Shown here: piece after piece, positions 28,498-37,199 of the stretch
Layout: the number at the start of each line of letters is the position of its first letter
Position numbering within the stretch: the stretch's first letter is position 1
DNA from: Parcubacteria group bacterium
GTDB lineage: Bacteria > Patescibacteriota > Minisyncoccia > Moranbacterales > UBA2206
Direction of reading: 5' to 3'
DNA: 64,000 nt
Assembly (NCBI GenBank): GCA_041661275.1
Contig: JBAZUU010000001.1
Span: 101,057 to 165,056, forward strand
Made by a program: the position numbers and the translations under genes
The notes under the pieces: model-generated
What the model saw: only the letters and a program-made list of their open reading frames with translations
The model's database searches: none
What the model was told of the DNA's origin: nothing

Positions 28498-28881
28498 TTA
28501 TTTGATAAGTTGAAATCCTCCGATAACTGGAAGCTTTTTCATCTCACCCTTTGAAGCATTGATGATTCCCAGAATCATAAATACGATGCTAGCGATCATG
28601 ACGATGAACCATAGCAGGATTCCGATGAATATAAAGGTTAGGATAGTTGAAGCTATATATCCAACGACCGTGAAAAGCAGAAAGTTCAACTGTTGATTGG
28701 CATGAAATTTGGCAAACGGACTGTTTTTGGCATCAGACACTAACGGAACGAAAAACAGAATTGGAAAAATATATCCGATAATCGCAAACAGTTTATTTTT
28801 TTCCGCATCACTGCCACCACCTTGGGGAGCCTGCGGAGCAGGAGCTACTGGCGGAGTTTGTTGTGCATTTTGTTCTTCCAT
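28498..28881 (-). CDS. DUF4870 (Tic20-like) small membrane protein with Pro/Ala/Gln-rich N-terminus
   Basis: Architecture FAIIGYIFPILFFVPLV...NSPFAKFHANQQLNFLL typical of DUF4870. 127 aa. Confidence 0.6.
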   Translation of the reverse strand: MEEQNAQQTPPVAPAPQAPQGGGSDAEKNKLFAIIGYIFPILFFVPLVSDAKNSPFAKFHANQQLNFLLFTVVGYIASTILTFIFIGILLWFIVMIASIVFMILGIINASKGEMKKLPVIGGFQLIK

Positions 28882-28955
28882 AAGTCACCCACCTTTCTAT
28901 TTTTATCTTTGTTTACTGTTTCTATAATATCACACTACCAGCAATATTCCAAATC

Positions 28956-29318
28956 CTACATTATCCCCGCAATTTCACTCAAAATATCCTCCGGAATCGG
29001 ATTTCTCTTGGGACTCACGCCAGGATATCTCCAAGCGCTGATAATTTTTATCGCTTTCTTCTTACTTCTTTCTTCTTTCTTCTTATCCTGGTACATAGCC
29101 CAAACTTCTGACTTCCACACTGTTTTATTATTAATAGTCTTCGGACTTACTGGTTGCATAACCGCCACGGTCTTTTCCGCAATCCCTTCTTCCTTTCTGG
29201 CTGGACGACTAATAACGCCCAGAATTTTCTGGGCGGAAAGACCGTAATATTGCATCTTAAATTTCACATGATTAGTCCAGTGGTATTGAGAAGTATTTTT
29301 TGGGCTTTTGGAAAACAT
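28956..29318 (-). CDS. Hypothetical basic protein, translationally coupled to htpX (TAATG overlap)
   Basis: ATG overlaps the htpX TAA stop by 1 nt. No motif. 120 aa. Confidence 0.45.
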   Translation of the reverse strand: MFSKSPKNTSQYHWTNHVKFKMQYYGLSAQKILGVISRPARKEEGIAEKTVAVMQPVSPKTINNKTVWKSEVWAMYQDKKKEERSKKKAIKIISAWRYPGVSPKRNPIPEDILSEIAGIM

Positions 29319-30211
29319 TATTTTACATCCATTCCCCGGAGCGCCCTCACTCTATCTTCAATCGGTGGATGAGTTAAAAACATTTTGGAAATTTTTTTTC
29401 CTTTGAAAGGATTGGTGATATAGAGATGAGCAGTGGCACGATTAGCAGCTTCCAATTTTTCCGGATCAGCTGAAATTTTTTCAAGCGCTCGCGCCAGTCC
29501 ATCAGGATAACGGGTGAGAAGCGCGCCATCGGCATCAGCTAAAAATTCCCGCTTTCGGGAAATAGCTAACTGCATGAGAACCGCGGCAATTGGCGCGAGA
29601 ATTGATAAGACTATAGCCAAAATTATCATAATTAGTCTCATTTGCCCCCCGCCCTCATTGTCGCTTCCCCGCCTTCCCCAAAAAGCCCAGTGGCGGAACC
29701 AATCGGCCATCAAGGCCACAAACCCAACCAGAACTACCACTACTGTGGAAAGCAAGATGTCGCGGTTGCCAATATGGGAAAGTTCGTGAGCAATGACACC
29801 CTGGAGTTCAGATTTCTCGAGCTTGTTTATTATTCCGGTGGTGAGACAAATAACTCCATGCTCCGGATCGCGACCAGTAGCAAAGGCATTGGGAGCGCTA
29901 TCTTGAATGATATATATTTTCGGCACCGGTAGCCCGGCAGTAATGCAAAGATTTTCCACTAGGTGATAAATTTCCGGATTACTATTGTGATCCAAGGGTT
30001 TAGCGCTCGACATGGCGAGAACAATTTTATCGCTCCACCAATAGGAGCCAAAACTCATAATAATAGAAAAAATTATCGCACCAAAAAGAATGGCGCTATT
30101 ATTCATCGCTCCGGCAAAAACATAACCAACCATGATGACAAAAATCAGGAAAAAGGTGATATAAAGATAGGTCAGCCGCGTATTTCTATCGGCTTGAGTA
30201 TATAGTGTCAT
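29318..30211 (-). CDS. htpX: Zinc metalloprotease HtpX (M48 family)
   Basis: HELSHIGNRD (HExxH), downstream Glu, four TM segments. 297 aa. Confidence 0.9.
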   Translation of the reverse strand: MTLYTQADRNTRLTYLYITFFLIFVIMVGYVFAGAMNNSAILFGAIIFSIIMSFGSYWWSDKIVLAMSSAKPLDHNSNPEIYHLVENLCITAGLPVPKIYIIQDSAPNAFATGRDPEHGVICLTTGIINKLEKSELQGVIAHELSHIGNRDILLSTVVVVLVGFVALMADWFRHWAFWGRRGSDNEGGGQMRLIMIILAIVLSILAPIAAVLMQLAISRKREFLADADGALLTRYPDGLARALEKISADPEKLEAANRATAHLYITNPFKGKKISKMFLTHPPIEDRVRALRGMDVK

Positions 30212-30343
30212 AAATTACAAATTCAAATATCTAAATCCTAAATAAATTCAAAATTATAATTTTCAAAATACAAAACGTTTTAAATTTTGGATTTTGATAT
30301 TGTAATTTATTTGGAATTTGAGATTTTGAATTTTGGATTTTTG

Positions 30344-30889
30344 CTAGAACTGAACATTAACCACTTCCTTCTCCGAAGCTTCCGCCTGGAAGAAATCACG
30401 TTTGGTAAAATTCAGCATCCCGGCAAAGATATTGGTTGGAAAGACTTGAATTTTAGTATTGAAGTCGCGCACATTGCCATTGTAAAAGCGTCTGGCCGCC
30501 ATAATTTTGTCTTCCGTGTCAGTCAGTTCTCTTTGCAATTCCAAAAAGTTTTGATTGGCTTTCAGATCTGGATAAGCTTCCGCGATAGCAAACAAACTTT
30601 TCAAAGCGCCTGAAAGCATATTTTCCGCCTGCCCTTTAGCTTCGGCCGTTCCTGCTCCCATAGCGGCAGCTCTGGCTTGCGTTACTTTTTCAAACACATC
30701 TTTCTCGTGCGCTGCATACCCCTTTACTGTGTTTACAAGATTTGGAATCAAATCGTGTCGGCGTTTCAGTTGCACGTCAATGTCACTCCAGGCTTCGTCA
30801 ACCCGATTTTTGAGTCTGACAAGCCCGTTATACATGAAGATAATGCCGATGACGAGCACAATTACGATAATGAGCAATATTATTGCCAT
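30344..30889 (-). CDS. lemA: LemA family membrane protein
   Basis: N-terminal TM, then YNGLVRLKNRVDEAWSDIDVQLKRRHDLIPNLV ... RRFYNGNVRDFNTKIQVFPTNIFA, characteristic of LemA. Upstream of htpX. Confidence 0.9.
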   Translation of the reverse strand: MAIILLIIVIVLVIGIIFMYNGLVRLKNRVDEAWSDIDVQLKRRHDLIPNLVNTVKGYAAHEKDVFEKVTQARAAAMGAGTAEAKGQAENMLSGALKSLFAIAEAYPDLKANQNFLELQRELTDTEDKIMAARRFYNGNVRDFNTKIQVFPTNIFAGMLNFTKRDFFQAEASEKEVVNVQF

Positions 30890-30897
30890 ATTCTTTT

Positions 30898-30966
30898 ATC
30901 CCCCACCACTTTTTCACTTTTTTTCTTCCGCGCCAAGGGCGCGAGTGAAAAAGTGGTGGGGGATGA
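30898..30966. repeat. Perfect 20-bp inverted repeat ATCCCCCACCACTTTTTCAC ... GTGAAAAAGTGGTGGGGGAT with inner GC hairpin CGCGCC aag GGCGCG
   Basis: Shares the GGTGGGGGATGAA arm with 20175-20300. Lies in the divergent spacer between lemA and the PAP2-like gene. Confidence 0.75.
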
Positions 30967-31076
30967 ATTATTTAATTACACTTAAATTGTACCAAAATGA
31001 CGATATATAGCAAACGCCTGCCCGATGTACCCAGGGTATGATATAATAATTATAGTTTTATAAATAATACAATTAT

Positions 31077-31556
31077 ATGATAGATATTTCTCAATACTAC
31101 GTATTTCTCATTCCTATCGCCATAGGAACTTTGATCCATGCCATCAAATTCATCCTTTATCTCCTGCGCCATGATTATAACTGGAAGCTGGCTATTGAAC
31201 ATGGCCTGACCTATGGCCATATGCCATCATCGCACACCGGTTTTGCCATCTCCCTCATAACTTCTGTCGGACACTACGAGGGAATCAGCACGGGAGCCTT
31301 TGCTGTCGCCGTAGCTTTGGCTATTTTTATTATTGACGACGCTATCCGGTTACGCATCCAGATGGGGCACCAGGCCAGATATATGAATATTATGACCCAA
31401 AAACTGGAGCTTGACCCGAAGGAATTCCCACGCCTGAAAGAACGAGTGGGACATAAAAAAATAGAAGTGCTGGTGGGTGGAATATTAGGACTTTTGTTTA
31501 CTCTCGCATTGATACGACTTTTAGAAATTTACCCTTTGCCTATTATAACTTTTTAA
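31077..31556 (+). CDS. Divergent PAP2 (DUF212) family membrane protein
   Basis: YGHMPSSHTGF plus DDAIRLRIQMGHQARY motif arrangement typical of the divergent PAP2 family. 159 aa. Confidence 0.65.
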   Translation: MIDISQYYVFLIPIAIGTLIHAIKFILYLLRHDYNWKLAIEHGLTYGHMPSSHTGFAISLITSVGHYEGISTGAFAVAVALAIFIIDDAIRLRIQMGHQARYMNIMTQKLELDPKEFPRLKERVGHKKIEVLVGGILGLLFTLALIRLLEIYPLPIITF

Positions 31557-32847
31557 GTTCTTCGAGAATTACTTTTTTATCATTCCAAGGAATCATTTTG
31601 CTTCCAATCATCATCATTTCTTCCGCTCCCTTTCCAGTGACTAAAAAAATATCATGAGGTTTTGCAAGTTGCAGAGCCTTTTTTATCGCTTCTCTTCGGT
31701 CTAAAATTTTCCAGAAGTTTTCATTTTCTTTTTTGTTTTTTACACCACTCGCCACTTCATCAATTATTTTTTGTGGATCTTCAGTGTATGGATCTTCGTT
31801 AGTAACGATTATATAATCAGCGTATTTGTCGACAATTTCACCCATTAACGGCCTCTTTCCGCGATCTCGGTCGCCGCAAGAACCAAAAACAGCGATTATT
31901 TTAGACATCCGATGTCCTTCGGTGTTTTGGACATCGGATGTCCTTGAAGTTGAAATCATAGAATATAGTTTTTCCAGGCTATCCGGTGTCAGGGCATAAT
32001 CGATTATGATATTCAGATTTTTATCGTTAGGAACCCTGTCCATCCGTCCTGGCACCACTTTTATTTTTTCGAGCGCCCGGGACATTGTTTCCGGACTGAT
32101 ATGTTCGCTTAGTCCTACGCAAATGGCCGCCAACGCATTTTCAATATTAAACTCCCCCGGCAGATTTAATTTATATTTCACGCCTTCCACTTCAAATTCC
32201 GATCCATCTACATTTGTTTTTATATTTTTCGCTTTCACGGCGATCACGTGTCCGCAATCAAAACCGGAACAGTCCACATCATTTTTAGTGTAACCATATT
32301 TTTCCGGAATATTATATAAAAGATAATCTTTCGGCCTTTTCATCTCCAAATTCACTATCCCCACTTGCGCGCAGCAAAATAATTTATATTTAGCGATCCG
32401 ATATTCATCTATTGTTTTGTGATAATCTAAATGTTCGCGAGTAACGTTTGTAATTACCGCCGTTTTGTATTTCACGCCCCACGTCCGGTACTGATCAAGA
32501 GCATGGGAAGAAGTTTCTAAGATTAAATATTTGCATTTGGCATCCACTGCTTTTTTAATAAATTTCTGGAGGGATTTGCTGGACATAGTGGTGAATTTTG
32601 TTTTATTCACCCATTCTTTTTCGCTGATCTTGAAATTTATAGTAGAAATCATCGCCACTTTCGCGCCTGATTCTTCCAAAATTTTAGCAATCATCTGACA
32701 AGTGGTTGTTTTGCCATTAGTTCCAGTAACACCGATAACGGTCAGTTTTCTTGACGGAAAAGCATACAAAATATTAGCTGCTATCGCTTGCAATAGATGG
32801 TAATAATTTTTCAATCTTTGCGGTATAAGAAGTTTTAACTTTTGCAT
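31543..32847 (-). CDS. Mur ligase family protein, MurE-like (UDP-MurNAc-tripeptide synthetase) lacking the N-terminal domain; contains a short palindromic insertion
   Basis: GVTGTNGKTTT P-loop, HALDQ...TNVTREHLDYH, C-terminal Mur ligase domain. 434 aa. Tandem 15-mer palindromes GGACATCCGATGTCC / GGACATCGGATGTCC at 31903-31948 encode an extra approximately 15 aa. Confidence 0.7.
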   Translation of the reverse strand: MQKLKLLIPQRLKNYYHLLQAIAANILYAFPSRKLTVIGVTGTNGKTTTCQMIAKILEESGAKVAMISTINFKISEKEWVNKTKFTTMSSKSLQKFIKKAVDAKCKYLILETSSHALDQYRTWGVKYKTAVITNVTREHLDYHKTIDEYRIAKYKLFCCAQVGIVNLEMKRPKDYLLYNIPEKYGYTKNDVDCSGFDCGHVIAVKAKNIKTNVDGSEFEVEGVKYKLNLPGEFNIENALAAICVGLSEHISPETMSRALEKIKVVPGRMDRVPNDKNLNIIIDYALTPDSLEKLYSMISTSRTSDVQNTEGHRMSKIIAVFGSCGDRDRGKRPLMGEIVDKYADYIIVTNEDPYTEDPQKIIDEVASGVKNKKENENFWKILDRREAIKKALQLAKPHDIFLVTGKGAEEMMMIGSKMIPWNDKKVILEELKKL

Positions 32848-32970
32848 AATTTTAAATTTTTAATCTGAAATTTGAAATGAATTTTAAATGATTTAATTTA
32901 AAATTAAAACATTTTAATAATTTAAAATTGATTAAAAATTAAAAATTCTAAATTAAAAATTGAACGAGGC

Positions 32971-34047
32971 CTATTTTATTAGATTTTTTAACCTTTGAAT
33001 ATTTCTGTACAGCCAATATTTCCTGGAATTTATTATGATATCATAGCTTCCTGGAAATTCTGTCGGTCGAGTGTTCGGCGAAAATCCCAACTTAAACCGC
33101 GTAATTCCCGCCCATTTATTCGTAATTCGTACATTCATACTTGATTCGCCTGCCTGCCGGCGAGGCAGGTAATTCGTAGAGATCCCTCCAAAATCATATC
33201 TTTCGCATCCCGCCACCTTAGCATCCTGAATTTGCTGCCACTGCAAAAGAAACGGAGCCATAACGTTCCGATACTCATCATCTGATGCTCCATGGAGATA
33301 GGTGCAAGTTTTTCCATAAAATATCACGATATTAGCCGCAATTATTTGGTTGTTATATTCAGCAATATATAATTTTAAGATGTTTTTCGGAATAACTTCC
33401 AACATTTTTCGATAATAGCTTTCTGGATGCGCTTCAATTCCCTGTCTTTTGGCCATTATCTGAGTTAGTTTCAAAAAATTTTCTATAAGATTATTGTTCG
33501 TTGTTCCTTGTTCACTGGTCACTGCCACTCCGTGTTTCTGAGCTACTTTTATGTTATATCGGGTCTTCGATTTCATTTCCGCGAGCAACTGCTCTTCCGG
33601 CTTTGTTACATTGATAATAAACAGCTCTCTCGGCTGCATATCATGTGGGGCTTTTTTTATCTTGCAAGTAGTATTACTCTCGATTGCTTCTAAAATTTCA
33701 TTTGTTGCCGGCTCAACCCTTATCCATCCGATATTATTATTTTTCGCCAAATCAATCAAATCTCTTAATTGATCCCTGATCATTGATCTTTGATCATTGA
33801 CTACTGGCCCACGAGGAATATAAAAATACTTTCCTACAATCGGAAGCATGTGCTCAATAATACTGGCATGAAAAAAAATATCCCCCTCGCCCGCTTGCGG
33901 GAGAGGGTGGCCGGAGGCCGGGTGAGGGAAAGAAACATTATATGTTTTCCGCCCAACGCTTTCTTGAAATTTCCGCCACTCGCTCGACTGCAAAAAGCCT
34001 CCATCGGGAGAATTTTGTTGAACAAAAGTGATTTCTTCTCTATCCAT
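32971..34047 (-). CDS. FemAB-family peptidoglycan interpeptide-bridge peptidyltransferase (FemX-like)
   Basis: Overall FemAB layout (two GNAT-like halves: HASIIEHMLPIVGKYFYIPRGP ... KLYIAEYNNQIIAANIVIFYGKTCTYLHGASD). A GC-rich hairpin repeat at 33885-33945 encodes an inserted PHPASGHPLPQAGEGD segment. Confidence 0.6.
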   Translation of the reverse strand: MDREEITFVQQNSPDGGFLQSSEWRKFQESVGRKTYNVSFPHPASGHPLPQAGEGDIFFHASIIEHMLPIVGKYFYIPRGPVVNDQRSMIRDQLRDLIDLAKNNNIGWIRVEPATNEILEAIESNTTCKIKKAPHDMQPRELFIINVTKPEEQLLAEMKSKTRYNIKVAQKHGVAVTSEQGTTNNNLIENFLKLTQIMAKRQGIEAHPESYYRKMLEVIPKNILKLYIAEYNNQIIAANIVIFYGKTCTYLHGASDDEYRNVMAPFLLQWQQIQDAKVAGCERYDFGGISTNYLPRRQAGESSMNVRITNKWAGITRFKLGFSPNTRPTEFPGSYDIIINSRKYWLYRNIQRLKNLIK

Positions 34048-34055
34048 TAATTTAT

Positions 34056-34697
34056 CTAAAATAGTTTGCTTAATTCTGCTAAAACCTTTTTAGAAATATA
34101 CTCATGCCCCTGCTGATTAGAATGCAAGCCATCCCTGTAAAGATATTTCTTCTTCCATTCATCATCAGTTACACCAATGTCAACAAAAATTATTTCTTTT
34201 TCCAGACATATTTTTTTTGTATATTTTTGAAACTCTTTTTTCCTCGCATTGGTAAAATATGATTTTCTGCCATCGAAGGGACTAGTCTTTGGATTGGTTT
34301 TGGACTCGTCGTAAAAACCGCTTCCAACCATTATCACATGATTGCTAGATTTTTTAAGAAATTCTAGCAAATTATTCATCTCTTTAACATATTCTTCCAC
34401 TGAGGAAACAAAATTATCAGGTTCATCTTTTGCTTTGGCATTATTCCCTCCTATTGAAACCACGATTATTATTTCCCCGCCCCGACTATATCGTTTTAAT
34501 TGTTCAGGAAAACTATCTCTCACAAAATCAATAGTTGCACCAGAAAACCCAAAATTATAAATTTCATACTTCTCGCCGATTCCATTTTCAGAGTACATCT
34601 TTTTGTGAAGGGCTTGCTTAACCAAATCTGCCCAGCCTGAGGTTTCAGCTCCAACTCCATATACATGACTCGAACCAAGTAAAAAAATTTGAATCAT
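34056..34697 (-). CDS. SGNH/GDSL-family hydrolase
   Basis: GSSHVYG (block I), GGNN (block III), DGLHSNQQGH (block V). Start moved to ATG 34697 because the longer ORF would overlap tRNA-Gly. Confidence 0.7.
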   Translation of the reverse strand: MIQIFLLGSSHVYGVGAETSGWADLVKQALHKKMYSENGIGEKYEIYNFGFSGATIDFVRDSFPEQLKRYSRGGEIIIVVSIGGNNAKAKDEPDNFVSSVEEYVKEMNNLLEFLKKSSNHVIMVGSGFYDESKTNPKTSPFDGRKSYFTNARKKEFQKYTKKICLEKEIIFVDIGVTDDEWKKKYLYRDGLHSNQQGHEYISKKVLAELSKLF

Positions 34698-34716
34698 AAA
34701 AATATATATTAAAATG

Positions 34717-34788
34717 AGCGGGTAGCGGGAGTCGAACCCGCATCTTAACCTTGGGAAGGTCACATAATAGCCGCTATACGATACCCGC
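34717..34788 (-). tRNA. tRNA-Gly (anticodon CCC)
   Basis: Acceptor GCGGGTA/TACCCGC, anticodon arm TGACC-TTCCCAA-GGTTA, T-arm GCGGG-TTCGACT-CCCGC, discriminator T. Confidence 0.75.
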
Positions 34789-34816
34789 AGGTCCGCCCAG
34801 GGGGACGGACTGTTTA

Positions 34817-35416
34817 TTACAAAGATTTATCATTCATTCCGCCTCCAACTGAATCTGACGAAGATCCAGAAGCAGAATCTTCCGATCCCGTCACCTGCAC
34901 CGAAGTTTTTCCTTGCCACTTCTCATCTTCGCTCACTCCGATAATTATTGCTATATTTTGTGTTCCTTTTTTGTAATTAGTGATCTTTGAAGTACCAATA
35001 GTCATTTCGGTTTTTGTGTCTGCTGCCCAGCCCTTACTTTCTAAATCACTTTTATACTTGCCGTATATTTCATCCACACTCATGCTGGTAATATAGGCAA
35101 CAGAATAACTCTTGTCTTTCCCGTTAGCCATAGAAAGTTGAATTTTGGCGTCCGTTGCAATAAAAATATCTTTTGGAAAATCCGCGGAGAGTGTTGCTGT
35201 TCCTTCGCCTGACATAGAAAAATCTCCTTCATTTGATTTAATATTCATCTGTCCTTTGTCTGAATTAATATCCACACTTCCCCCTGTTTGCGACTCAATG
35301 GATTTCTCCATTATTTTCTCTCCCGCTTTTTTCCCCGCCCAGTCCGTGAGACCGCAGCCGGAAAGAAGCAATACCGCTCCAAGCGTCATAGCGCTGACAG
35401 CAATTTTTTGTTTCAT
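34817..35416 (-). CDS. Lipoprotein (hypothetical), Ser-rich C-terminus
   Basis: Lipobox LLSGCG after signal peptide. 199 aa. Confidence 0.55.
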   Translation of the reverse strand: MKQKIAVSAMTLGAVLLLSGCGLTDWAGKKAGEKIMEKSIESQTGGSVDINSDKGQMNIKSNEGDFSMSGEGTATLSADFPKDIFIATDAKIQLSMANGKDKSYSVAYITSMSVDEIYGKYKSDLESKGWAADTKTEMTIGTSKITNYKKGTQNIAIIIGVSEDEKWQGKTSVQVTGSEDSASGSSSDSVGGGMNDKSL

Positions 35417-35433
35417 ATTTTTATTATTAAAAA

Positions 35434-36006
35434 TTATTTCTTTCCCAAATTCTTCAACGCCTCTCGTATCCTTTGCCCCACATCTTTCACGTCTGTCGGC
35501 ACCATCTTGAGCGCGTCCCTGGCTTCAGCAATACCATACCCCATAGAAACGAGCGCCTCAATAGCATCGCTATCTATAACCACATCTTCCTTATCAGAAG
35601 TCGACATATCCGCCACCTTGTTTTTAAGTTCGAGTATAACACGCTCGGCCGTTTTTTTACCAATCCCGGAAACTTTGGTAAGAATTGACGGATCTTCATT
35701 AAGAATAGCCGTCCTGATAGTTTTTGGTGTGGCAATAGACAAGATGCCCATCGAAGCCTTAGGGCCAATGCCAGAGATGGAAATTAAAAGTTCAAACATT
35801 TCTTTTTCTTCAAGTGTCAAAAAGCCATAAAGCGCCAATATGTCTTCCCGGACATAAGTATATGTAAACAGATCAACTTCCTTCATCGCTGATACTTTTC
35901 CAAAAGTATAAACGCTCAAATACACCTTGTATCCGACATCATGCACATCCACCACGACGTAATTGTCTTTTATATATTCAATTTTTCCTTTGAGCTTGGC
36001 AATCAT
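35434..36006 (-). CDS. ruvA: Holliday junction branch-migration protein RuvA
   Basis: N-terminal OB fold (IAKLKGKI...DVHDVGYKVY), two HhH motifs (ISGIGPKAS, VSGIGKKTAERV), C-terminal domain III. 190 aa. Confidence 0.9.
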   Translation of the reverse strand: MIAKLKGKIEYIKDNYVVVDVHDVGYKVYLSVYTFGKVSAMKEVDLFTYTYVREDILALYGFLTLEEKEMFELLISISGIGPKASMGILSIATPKTIRTAILNEDPSILTKVSGIGKKTAERVILELKNKVADMSTSDKEDVVIDSDAIEALVSMGYGIAEARDALKMVPTDVKDVGQRIREALKNLGKK

Positions 36007-37193
36007 AATTTTTTCTTCTCCATCACCATATTATAGTACTGCTCGCCATGTTTTTCAAAAGGATTATCCCTATCAATGACAAGCCCTTGCTTTTCATACA
36101 TTGAAATGGCAGGATTTGAGACGCGCGTAATGGCTTTTATCCTAAACTGCCTCGCCATTTCCGGCAAAACCGAACCAGTGAAATATTTGCCAATGCATAA
36201 ACTATTCACTTCTTGGTCAACATTCAAAGATCCGGCGTAAACTTCCTCGTCATTTAATTTCTCAAACCGGCAAAAAGCCGCCAGCTTATCCTGAAATTTC
36301 AGAGTATAGACGATCTGTCCCGATAGCCCATCATCCATTTCTTTTTTAAAATCCCCGATGACCGCCTCCGCCGCTTTTGGATTATCTGGAAAAACCACTT
36401 CCCGATAATTTTTTTCCACCATCTTCAACATTTCCTCTTTTTCCTCCTCGCTCAATTTTATTTCCTGGCCATTTTCATCATTATCGCCAATGACTCTTCT
36501 TTCCAATTTCAGGTTTTTTATCATTTCAAAATCGATTTTCTCTCCCGCTGCTTTGGCTGATTTCAGCATTATTGAAAGCATTATTATATCAGCATGATGA
36601 TCTTTTTCTAGTCTCTCATATAGATCCTTTATTCTATTTTCTTCTTCAGCATTATTAATTTCTTGAAATATTTCGGTAAGGATATAGGCGTATAAAAAAT
36701 ATTCAGATTTTTCGAGGCCTTTTGACGAAATATAATCTATAATATCCTTTGAGGTCTTGAAAGCATCTCCCTTTTTAAAAATTTCCAAACAATCTTCTGA
36801 ATATTTAAAAAAGAAATTCTCGTCTTTTTTTATTTCACTCAACACAAATTCGGATGATTTATTGTCCTTATTTATCTCCGCCAGCTGATGCAAAATATTT
36901 TTATTATTTCTGGCTAAATTACCGGACTTATCCATCACTATCATTTCTTGCTGTATTGTTTTTTTTATCTGTTCATTCGCTTCCGGAAACCATCTCTGGA
37001 TATCCTCATTAATAGCCAATTGTTCATCGGAAATATAGTGCTTTTCGCCATTTTCAATTAGATCCCTAATTTTCATTTCATTCTCCTCGAAGGTTTTAAT
37101 TAAGGCCAACCTCCGAGATTCATTGGTTCCAAGTTTATTTTCAATCGTTTTTGATTGTTCTCTTATTGGCCATTCGTTCATAATTGCTTTCAA
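36003..37193 (-). CDS. Hypothetical protein (Glu/Lys-rich helical region plus possible C-terminal GNAT-like fold), overlaps the ruvA start by 4 nt
   Basis: 396-aa ORF with no diagnostic motif. The C-terminal approximately 100 aa weakly resemble an acetyltransferase fold. Confidence 0.4.
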   Translation of the reverse strand: MKAIMNEWPIREQSKTIENKLGTNESRRLALIKTFEENEMKIRDLIENGEKHYISDEQLAINEDIQRWFPEANEQIKKTIQQEMIVMDKSGNLARNNKNILHQLAEINKDNKSSEFVLSEIKKDENFFFKYSEDCLEIFKKGDAFKTSKDIIDYISSKGLEKSEYFLYAYILTEIFQEINNAEEENRIKDLYERLEKDHHADIIMLSIMLKSAKAAGEKIDFEMIKNLKLERRVIGDNDENGQEIKLSEEEKEEMLKMVEKNYREVVFPDNPKAAEAVIGDFKKEMDDGLSGQIVYTLKFQDKLAAFCRFEKLNDEEVYAGSLNVDQEVNSLCIGKYFTGSVLPEMARQFRIKAITRVSNPAISMYEKQGLVIDRDNPFEKHGEQYYNMVMEKKKL

Positions 37194-37199
37194 TGATTA

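Noticed and set aside
31903-31948. Pair of palindromic 15-mers as a restriction-modification or recombinase site
   Set aside because: There is no adjacent R-M or recombinase gene. It is more simply a small hairpin insertion or assembly artifact, so it is reported only as a low-interest observation.
34698-34763. N-terminal 22 codons of the SGNH hydrolase ORF (MTFPRLRCGFDSRYPLILIYIF)
   Set aside because: This segment is the reverse-strand reading of tRNA-Gly (34717-34788). The true start is the ATG at 34697 (MIQIFLLGSSHVYG).
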